Source: a virus. Taken from it: a stretch of 29,465 bases of DNA. The notes beneath the pieces are model-generated. The model worked only from the letters and a program-made list of their open reading frames with translations, had not been told where the DNA came from and made no database searches. The stretch covers positions 1-29,465 of IMG/VR virus record IMGVR_UViG_3300023281_000789; one strand, 5' to 3'. Positions 9,005 through 15,137 of this stretch are shown here, piece by piece (positions within the stretch are counted from its first letter, which is position 1; each line of letters begins with the position of its first letter). The position numbers were made by a program, and so were the translations under genes.

Positions 9005-9364
9005 ATGATTACTTTAAATCAAAACGAGGTAAATACTGTCATTTTAACATTGAACGAAAAGAAGGTTGGTAACAATCCATATTTCCTTCAACTATATTCT
9101 AATCAGAATAAGAATAATACGTTAATAAGTTTGACAGGAGACACTTCTACCAACGTTGTGAGGTATAACCGTTATGACGTAGATGAAAGTCCCTTAAATC
9201 TAATCGTAGGACAATATGATTACTTTGTACATCAATATAGTGGGGGTACAGTATCTCTATCAGCATCAACAAATATTGTAGAATCGGGTAAATGTGTTGT
9301 ATTTGGGACAGGTACTACAACTAATACGTTTACTAATAACAATGAAGAATATACATTTGTATAA
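9005..9364 (+). CDS. Hypothetical protein
   Basis: 119-aa ORF with an ATG start, followed 2 nt later by the portal gene start. No recognisable motif. Confidence 0.5.
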   Translation: MITLNQNEVNTVILTLNEKKVGNNPYFLQLYSNQNKNNTLISLTGDTSTNVVRYNRYDVDESPLNLIVGQYDYFVHQYSGGTVSLSASTNIVESGKCVVFGTGTTTNTFTNNNEEYTFV

Positions 9365-9366
9365 TT

Positions 9367-10443
9367 ATGGAAAAGGAAATAAAAAATAAGATTAAAATAT
9401 TTAACTTTAACGAAGCGTATGTCGCTCCAGAGTATAAATATAACAACAAAAGACACTTAATTGAATGGGGGAAGGATAATCAGTACCCTATATACCTATT
9501 GAACCTATATAACGCATATGGTTCTACTACTCATAAGAGTATTGTCAATAGAAAGGTTAAGTTAACAAGTGGACAAGGATGGGAAGATGTAAATAATCCT
9601 CAATTGGAGAAGTTTATGAAAGACAATAAACTCAATAAAGAGGTTAGAAAGGTATCTTTAGACTACGAATTGTACAATGGTTTTTGTTTAGAGGTTATAT
9701 ATAACAGAGAAGGTACTGAGATTAGTTCTTTAAAACACGTTCCTTTTCATAAAGTAAGGATAGGTATTCCAAATGACGAAATCAACTTTAACCATTATTG
9801 GTATTCTGATGATTGGAGTCAGTATAAAAAGAAAGGATATGAACCTTGTCTATACAGAGACTACAATCCATACCATACAACTGGTAAACAATTATACTAT
9901 CATAGTGAATATAACCCTCAAACTGATGGTTTATACCCAATTCCAGGTTACTCCACATCTATGAACTTCATTGAAATGGATTATGAGGTAGGTAAATTTC
10001 ACTTAAATCAAGTTAAACAAGGTTACGCACCATCGTTTATCTTAAACTTCGCCACAGGTATTCCTACAGAAGAAGAACAAGATGGTTTTTATAAAGAATT
10101 TAAACGTAATTATAGTGGTACGGATAACGCTGGTAAGATTATACTTACATATTCTGAGGGTGTAGAAGGAAAACCTGAGTTAATACCTATTCAATTAAAC
10201 GATTCTGATGATAGATTTATTCTATTACAAGAGATGATTGAAAGAAACATAGTTATGGGGGCAGAGATACCACCACAATTGGTAGTTCTTACACCTGGTA
10301 AGTTAGGTTCATCAGAAGAAAGAAACGAATTACAACAAGAATTTCAACAATCTTATATCTCACCTCGTCAAACAGTAATTGAAGAGGTATATAATGAGAT
10401 ATTAGGTACGGAAGAAATGATACTAAAAAAATACGAACAATAA
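9367..10443 (+). CDS. Portal protein (small, PBSX-type)
   Basis: WGKDNQYPIYLLNLYNAYGSTTHKSIVNRKVKLTSGQG, LDYELYNGFCLEVIYN, YPIPGYSTSMNFIEMDYE and FKRNYSGTDNAGKI follow the conserved blocks I associate with Phage_portal/PBSX-family portals. Confidence 0.6.
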   Translation: MEKEIKNKIKIFNFNEAYVAPEYKYNNKRHLIEWGKDNQYPIYLLNLYNAYGSTTHKSIVNRKVKLTSGQGWEDVNNPQLEKFMKDNKLNKEVRKVSLDYELYNGFCLEVIYNREGTEISSLKHVPFHKVRIGIPNDEINFNHYWYSDDWSQYKKKGYEPCLYRDYNPYHTTGKQLYYHSEYNPQTDGLYPIPGYSTSMNFIEMDYEVGKFHLNQVKQGYAPSFILNFATGIPTEEEQDGFYKEFKRNYSGTDNAGKIILTYSEGVEGKPELIPIQLNDSDDRFILLQEMIERNIVMGAEIPPQLVVLTPGKLGSSEERNELQQEFQQSYISPRQTVIEEVYNEILGTEEMILKKYEQ

Positions 10444-11018
10444 TGAGTAGAGTTAAGTTTATCAGTACAACCTTTTTAAAGGAACACAGTACATTAAGTA
10501 GAAATATTGATGATGATATCCTAATTCCCTATATCTATAGAGCACAGGACATCAATCTTCAACAAATATTAGGGACAACCTTTTACAATAGATTGGAACA
10601 AGGTGTAGTCAATAACGATTTAAATTCAGATGAAGAAGATTTGTTAAGAAATTACATCCAACAACTATTGGTAGAATGGACAACGTATTACGCAATACCT
10701 AATATCAATATGAAATTCACAAATAAGTCAGTTACACAGGACTCTTCTGAATTCGGTACACCATCATCGTTAGATGATATTAAGTATCTTAGACAAAACG
10801 TCAGAGATATGGCTGAGTTCTATTCTAAGAGGTTAACTACTTATATGTGTGACTTTGGTAATCAGAAGTTTCCACAATACGCTAATCCAGATTCTAACGA
10901 AAACTTAAGTAAAAGTGGTAGAGCGTATTTCAATGGTATATATATTCCAAATAGAACTCCAAATACTTATGGTATTAGAGTATATGACGACCCATCAGAT
11001 GATTGTCCAAACTGTTAA
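10443..11018 (+). CDS. Hypothetical virion protein (possible head-tail connector)
   Basis: ATGA-coupled to the portal gene. N-terminus FLKEHSTLSRNIDDDILIPYIYRAQDINLQQILGTTFY resembles gp6-like connector N-termini. The functional call is weak. Confidence 0.45.
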   Translation: MSRVKFISTTFLKEHSTLSRNIDDDILIPYIYRAQDINLQQILGTTFYNRLEQGVVNNDLNSDEEDLLRNYIQQLLVEWTTYYAIPNINMKFTNKSVTQDSSEFGTPSSLDDIKYLRQNVRDMAEFYSKRLTTYMCDFGNQKFPQYANPDSNENLSKSGRAYFNGIYIPNRTPNTYGIRVYDDPSDDCPNC

Positions 11019-11020
11019 TT

Positions 11021-11368
11021 ATGATACATCCATATTTAGAGTTTAAAGAATCGAAAATTCACCGTAATGGTGTATTTACACAAGGGGATTTAAAGATAGG
11101 GGAAAGAATAGAAAGGAGTTATTATACGGTATTGGATGTTGAATTAGAAAATTTGGATAGTATAACAAAACAGTATGTATTTAGTTATCCAAAACAAGGA
11201 GATAAATTAAGTTTGGTATGGGGGTTTGGTTCAATATATAACCACTCTAACCATCCAAATGTAGATTGGTACTATGATGGTGATGTTATAGTATGGGAAT
11301 GTATAAAAAATATTAATAAGGGTGAGGAATTAACCCACAATTATAAGAATACACAAAGAAAAAGATAG
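11021..11368 (+). CDS. Minimal SET-domain protein (putative lysine methyltransferase)
   Basis: 115 aa. HRNGVFTQGDLKIGERI (GxG/FA + GE block), GFGSIYNHSNHPNV (NHSxxPN) and KGEELTHNY (ELxxxY) occur in SET order and spacing. The architecture is close to the 119-aa PBCV-1 vSET (GFGAIFNHSKDPNA, GEEITISY, as I recall it). I prefer ATG 11021, just after the upstream stop, over the track's TTG 11003. Confidence 0.8.
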   Translation: MIHPYLEFKESKIHRNGVFTQGDLKIGERIERSYYTVLDVELENLDSITKQYVFSYPKQGDKLSLVWGFGSIYNHSNHPNVDWYYDGDVIVWECIKNINKGEELTHNYKNTQRKR

Positions 11369-11370
11369 AT

Positions 11371-12066
11371 ATGCCAGTAAGACATAAAAAAGACGGAGAT
11401 AAGTGTTACGCTCAATGGGGTAACCAACAGAAGTATTATTACCCTTGTGATTCTAAGATATCAAAAGAGAACGCAGAACGTAAAGCGGAGAAACAAGGTA
11501 GAATCATAGAGAGTAGAATTGGTGATAAGTATTCCAATGATACTTGTTGTACCGTAGATGAACATAAAGATTTGGTTGTTAATTATCTGGAAGAAAATGA
11601 TGTATGTATTAGTTTTGAGGAATTAGGTATTTCAGAAGAAGATGTATATAATTCAGAATACTTCTCAGAAGTCACTGAACAAGATATTGTAGACTTTGAG
11701 AAATTTGGTAAGGAAAACTTTAAACTGATTAAATTATATAGATACGTCTCTAATAAATATGGTTCGTCTAATATCGGACCTAACACTCGTCCATTCTGTA
11801 GAACACTCGCTTTGAGAACTTCCGCAGCGATGATGACGTGGGAATCCATAACCTATATGAATGGTATGAATCCTGGATTTGGTAAAGGTGGAGGAGACAG
11901 TTATTCGGTTTTCAATTATAGAGGTGGCAAGAATTGTGTTCATAAATGGGTTAAATATTTATACGACCCTCAAACAAATAATTTGGTTAAGGATGTCAAA
12001 CAACCCAATCAACAGACAGATTCTAATGGTGGAGTACCGGGAGCACCTAAACCTAAAAAACAATAA
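11371..12066 (+). CDS. MuF-like minor head / head-morphogenesis protein (candidate)
   Basis: The C-terminal half, GPNTRPFCRTLALRT...YRGGKNCVHKW, resembles the D.rtR..C..L.G ... H.nCrC signature of SPP1 gp7/Mu F domains. It lies in the portal neighbourhood. Confidence 0.4.
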   Translation: MPVRHKKDGDKCYAQWGNQQKYYYPCDSKISKENAERKAEKQGRIIESRIGDKYSNDTCCTVDEHKDLVVNYLEENDVCISFEELGISEEDVYNSEYFSEVTEQDIVDFEKFGKENFKLIKLYRYVSNKYGSSNIGPNTRPFCRTLALRTSAAMMTWESITYMNGMNPGFGKGGGDSYSVFNYRGGKNCVHKWVKYLYDPQTNNLVKDVKQPNQQTDSNGGVPGAPKPKKQ

Positions 12067-12090
12067 TAATACTATAAAAAACAAAAAAAA

Positions 12091-12456
12091 ATGAAAAGTA
12101 ATTTTGACAGTGATGTATTCACACAAACAGGAGGTCCAGAAGAAGGTATCGTAAAAATACAATATGATACTGATACAAGACTAATAAACGATATGTCAGT
12201 CGTAATACCTTATTTGGTAACTGACTATGGTTATACCGCATTATACGATTGGAGTACTTATGTATCCAACGCTAACCCACCATTTGACTTAGTTGGTAAA
12301 GCAATAAAGGAAATGGGTAGATGGTTTCGAGAAGATGGATTATGTGATGATTCACCAAAGGTATGTACACCATCTCGTAACAGACAAATGATTTTAACTG
12401 ATTTATGTAATGACGTAAATTATCAGTTTTATTTAGATGAAGCGAGAAACGCTTAA
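12091..12456 (+). CDS. Hypothetical protein
   Basis: 121-aa ORF and last gene before the structured region 12468-12511. No motif recognised. Confidence 0.55.
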   Translation: MKSNFDSDVFTQTGGPEEGIVKIQYDTDTRLINDMSVVIPYLVTDYGYTALYDWSTYVSNANPPFDLVGKAIKEMGRWFREDGLCDDSPKVCTPSRNRQMILTDLCNDVNYQFYLDEARNA

Positions 12457-12467
12457 AAAATCTTAAT

Positions 12468-12511
12468 GGGGTAGGGAACCAATAGTCACAACGACTCAGA
12501 CAATCTACCCC
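12468..12511 (+). terminator. Possible terminator / structured RNA
   Basis: ggggtag (12468-12474) pairs with ctacccc (12505-12511). The 30-nt loop contains an inner agtc...gact hairpin and is followed by ttt. Confidence 0.4.
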
Positions 12512-12562
12512 TTTAAAATAGTTTCATAGTTAATAATAACATATAGGAAAAACAAAAAAACT

Positions 12563-13222
12563 ATGGGAAGAACAACTTCACAATTTGACTTTTTTAAGAA
12601 AGTCTGTTTAGATGAAAACGGATTGTTATGTGGTATACAAGACGTTGTAGATGGATTACAGAATATTACATCAGTAGTCAGTGGTAATACGGTTGCCATA
12701 CAAAATATAGACATTAACGTACAATCTATCAATGAAGAGATGGTTGAGGTTAATTCTAATATTGAGGAATTAAACGGAATAGTAGGTGAGATACAAACTT
12801 GTGTATGTCCTCCAGAACCACCAACACCACCTACTCCAACCCCTACACCTACTCCAACTCCAAAAAAAAAGTGTTGTTGTAAGGTTCGTAAATGTACACC
12901 TCGTCCACCGAGATGTCCTCAGAATACAAAGAGTTGGGGAGGATGGACAATAGTAGTAGATAGAAGGTATCCCGATAAATACTATCCCAAACAAAAATAT
13001 ACCCCACCACCATCACCGAGATTATATCCACAATTACAAATACCTTATGGGTTTGAAAATGTAGATGGAACGTGGACTGATAGAGTACCATCAAAATATA
13101 TTGATAGTAACGGTAAGGTGATTACTGTCAGAGCCAAAGGATGGGTAGGACAACCAAATAAGTCACAAGCGTATAAACAAAAACCTGGAGTTACATATGT
13201 TAATTGGACACCAGTTAGGTAA
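12563..13222 (+). CDS. Fibre-like protein with coiled coil, PT linker, Cys cluster and basic aromatic C-domain
   Basis: 219 aa. The N-terminal QFDFFKKVCLDENGLL motif is shared with ORFs 25488 and 25283. Heptad-like repeats are followed by PPEPPTPPTPTPTPTPTP, KKKCCCKVRKCTPRPPRCP and a W/Y/P/K-rich domain. Hairpins flank the gene on both sides. Confidence 0.6.
   Translation: MGRTTSQFDFFKKVCLDENGLLCGIQDVVDGLQNITSVVSGNTVAIQNIDINVQSINEEMVEVNSNIEELNGIVGEIQTCVCPPEPPTPPTPTPTPTPTPKKKCCCKVRKCTPRPPRCPQNTKSWGGWTIVVDRRYPDKYYPKQKYTPPPSPRLYPQLQIPYGFENVDGTWTDRVPSKYIDSNGKVITVRAKGWVGQPNKSQAYKQKPGVTYVNWTPVR
12862..12870 (+). other. In-frame A9 homopolymer inside the fibre-like gene
   Basis: The tract c-aaaaaaaaa-g encodes (P)KKK between the PT linker and the Cys cluster. 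One extra A gives ...KKKVLL-stop. One fewer A gives a ~30-aa alternative tail. Confidence 0.9.
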
Positions 13223-13228
13223 AAAGAA

Positions 13229-13260
13229 AACCCTCTCACCAAAACGGAATAGAGAGGGTT
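13229..13260. terminator. Hairpin, possibly a bidirectional terminator
   Basis: aaccctctc-14 nt-gagagggtt is a perfect 9-bp stem. The T-rich tract (ttttcttttt) lies on the minus-strand side. On the + strand it is followed by atataa. Confidence 0.55.
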
Positions 13261-13322
13261 ATATAACATAACATACACATTGTAATATTAATGATTATTT
13301 AGGGTAAAGTAAATAGATAGTT

Positions 13323-13541
13323 ATGGAAAATAGTGAAGAGTTTGGTAAAGAGACTGATAAAATCAAAAAGGATATAAAGGATTTAACGAAGTCTTTAACT
13401 GATATACAAGACAAATGTACCCATAAAGATGGATACACTGTTAGATACCTTAATAAGAAGGTCTGTAGAGTATGTAACTTATGTGACAAAGACTTAGGTT
13501 ACGCATCTACAGACGAACTTAAATCTAATGGATTCCTATAA
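13323..13541 (+). CDS. Small Cys-containing protein (possible Zn-binding)
   Basis: 72 aa with an N-terminal charged helix, then C-x-H ... CRVCNLC. Confidence 0.5.
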   Translation: MENSEEFGKETDKIKKDIKDLTKSLTDIQDKCTHKDGYTVRYLNKKVCRVCNLCDKDLGYASTDELKSNGFL

Positions 13542-13615
13542 TGGAAGAGTTCACTAGATTTTTGGTATTCATAGGGATTCTGTTAATCATATTGATGTTC
13601 AGAAGAAAGGATTAG
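13541..13615 (+). CDS. 24-aa single-pass membrane peptide (below the ORF-track cutoff)
   Basis: Its ATG overlaps the upstream stop (TAATG). It encodes MEEFTRFLVFIGILLIILMFRRKD, a hydrophobic core with a basic tail. Its stop overlaps the stop of the convergent gene 13612-14604. Confidence 0.4.
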   Translation: MEEFTRFLVFIGILLIILMFRRKD

Positions 13616-14604
13616 TATTCTAATTTGAATTCTATATCAGTTGTCATCTTAACAATATTGAGAACTCTCTCTAAATCTGACTCTTTAAAGATAACTGAGT
13701 CGTGCATTGGTAGGAAGTCGATACTATTCATTCTTAACATCTGATATATGTCAGTCATTAATTTCGTCTCACACAACTGATAAATGTAATGAACCATCTT
13801 ATACCCATACTTCTCTTTAAAAGTCCTTAGAGAACTCCAAAAGTTACTTACATCCATATCTCTTAGTTGTTGTCTTTGGTGACAGAATACTTGTTTGAGT
13901 AATTCTTCTTTATTTAAACCAAATTCCCTCTCCATTTGTCCATAGAAATCGTTATATAAATCAATATCATAATTTCTTGATATACCTTCAATCTTATTTT
14001 TTGATAATAACTGGAATATAGAGAATTTAATATCTAATGATTTAGTTCTCTCACCACCAATCTTTAATCTTCTTCTATCATTCTTAGACATTTGTGAATA
14101 AGGGCCGTAGTATCTACCTCTTTTGTATTTGATATCAGTACCAATAGACTCACCATCCAAAGTAGTTCTACTTAGAGTTTCTTCAATCATCTCTGTTAAC
14201 CATTGGTATTCATCTTTTGTTTTAATTTTATTATATAATGAATTAAGATATCTATTTTCTTGTAATGTTTTACTCATCTTACTATCAGATACAGTCTTAT
14301 CAATCTCAAAAATGTTTGGTGAAGACACATATTGTTGTGTACCATCTTCAAATCTAATTTTGATAGTAGAGGATTGTTTTTTCATTTTAATGAATCCATC
14401 ATCTAATAAAACGTTTGTGAAGTCTTTGGCTTTATCTGTAAACGCTAACCTTAGAACTCTTTGAGATACTTTACCCTTCATCTTTGTAATTAGGTAAGAA
14501 TACGTTTCTAATACTTGTTCGTAATTGATACGAGGTGATTTGATTGGTTCACCTGTTTTAGAAAGGTAGGTGTGTCCTTTTAGTTTTTCAATAGTTTTTT
14601 CCAT
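13612..14604 (-). CDS. Only minus-strand gene: replication/transcription-initiation candidate with polymerase-like motifs
   Basis: 330 aa. KRGRYYGP (aa 161-168), LDIKFSIFQLLS (190-201) and FLPMHDSVIF (297-306) occur in the order of the T/DxxGR, A and C motifs of Pol A / T7-like polymerases. It is divergent from the early operon across a region holding two class I elements. Coding is confident; function is not. Confidence 0.75.
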   Translation of the reverse strand: MEKTIEKLKGHTYLSKTGEPIKSPRINYEQVLETYSYLITKMKGKVSQRVLRLAFTDKAKDFTNVLLDDGFIKMKKQSSTIKIRFEDGTQQYVSSPNIFEIDKTVSDSKMSKTLQENRYLNSLYNKIKTKDEYQWLTEMIEETLSRTTLDGESIGTDIKYKRGRYYGPYSQMSKNDRRRLKIGGERTKSLDIKFSIFQLLSKNKIEGISRNYDIDLYNDFYGQMEREFGLNKEELLKQVFCHQRQQLRDMDVSNFWSSLRTFKEKYGYKMVHYIYQLCETKLMTDIYQMLRMNSIDFLPMHDSVIFKESDLERVLNIVKMTTDIEFKLEY

Positions 14605-14700
14605 TTTGTTTGTATTTTAAATTATGTTATATTAATAAATATACAGTAATTTTCAAAAGTTGTCAATATTATAAAAAAAGTTTTATTTTTTTTTGATTAG

Positions 14701-14718
14701 AATCCTACACACTATAAT
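14701..14718 (+). promoter_or_regulatory. Class I element AATCCTACACACTATAAT (plus orientation, faces the early operon)
   Basis: Exact 18-mer shared with 21014-21031, 25220-25237 and rc(1094-1111). Confidence 0.65.
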
Positions 14719-14778
14719 AGTAAGTAAGTACAAATACATAATAATATATATAAATTATATTATTGTTTCTATCCCTTC

Positions 14779-14796
14779 ATTATAATGTGTAGGAAA
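14779..14796 (-). promoter_or_regulatory. Class I element variant TTTCCTACACATTATAAT (minus orientation, faces gene 13612-14604)
   Basis: 15/18 match to the core. The downstream leader, GAAGGGATAGAAACAATAAT, parallels GAATAGGTAGAAACATAAAT after the 21014 copy. Confidence 0.55.
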
Positions 14797-14829
14797 AAAC
14801 AAAACCAAATACTGAATATTTATATATAT

Positions 14830-14979
14830 ATGAGATTAGGAGATATAATAGAAAAAATAACAATCATTACAGGTATTAAGAGATTCACCAATTGGGTAAC
14901 AGGTAATTCCTGTGGTTGTGATAACAGAAAAGAAAAACTAAATAGATTATGGGACAGAGTAAGAGGCAAGAAGAATTAA
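14830..14979 (+). CDS. Small hypothetical protein (CGC motif)
   Basis: MRLGDIIEKITIITGIKRFTNWVTGNSCGCDNRKEKLNRLW. I prefer ATG 14830 because the track start at 14785 lies inside class I element 14779-14796. Confidence 0.5.
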   Translation: MRLGDIIEKITIITGIKRFTNWVTGNSCGCDNRKEKLNRLWDRVRGKKN

Positions 14980-15137
14980 GAAAGGATACCAATATCATTA
15001 AATTCACACTGATATCTAAAAAGATTATTCCCAGTGACAAAGAATATATCAAATTGATAGAGGATGAATTAGAGACATTGAAGATGAACTTCGAAAAAAT
15101 AACAAAAGATTTAAATGAGATGAGAGGAAAAATATGA
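14949..15137 (+). CDS. Hypothetical small protein, ATGA-coupled to the sigma-like gene
   Basis: 62-aa charged helical ORF. Its stop overlaps ATG 15134 (ATGA). It overlaps the upstream ORF by 31 nt, so the start is uncertain. Confidence 0.4.
   Translation: MGQSKRQEELRKDTNIIKFTLISKKIIPSDKEYIKLIEDELETLKMNFEKITKDLNEMRGKI

Noticed and set aside
9773-9964. Plus-strand out-of-frame ORFs inside real genes: 9773-9964 within the portal gene and 11879-12094 within the MuF-like gene.
   Set aside because: They are fully nested or overlapping in alternative frames of well-supported genes. Their composition is not protein-like, and there is no independent start context.
12457-12562. Possible tRNA or small RNA gene in the 106-nt gap containing the ggggtag...ctacccc structure.
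   Set aside because: The stem-loop does not form a cloverleaf, there are no conserved T-loop or D-loop motifs, and the paired part is too short (~44 nt). It is more simply a terminator or structured 3' end.
12809-12862. Short-period DNA repeat (ccn-acn units) that could be mistaken for a tandem repeat or CRISPR-like array.
   Set aside because: It is in-frame coding sequence for a Pro/Thr linker. It is imperfect at the DNA level, has no spacers and is only ~54 nt long.
13612-14604. Calling the 330-aa protein a bona fide T7-like RNA polymerase.
   Set aside because: It is under 40% of the length of any known single-subunit RNAP. There is no recognisable specificity loop, N-terminal domain or clear motif B. 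I report it only as a motif-level hypothesis that needs structural and profile tests.
14785-14829. Track start codons: ATG 14785 for the first early ORF, TTG 11003 for the SET gene, TTG 22401 for the gp10-like gene and TTG 7 for the tail gene.
   Set aside because: ATG 14785 lies inside class I element 14779-14796, so ATG 14830 is preferred. TTG 11003 and TTG 22401 overlap the upstream genes, while in-frame ATGs at 11021 and 22422 sit right at the upstream stops. TTG 7 is internal to the wrap-around ORF.
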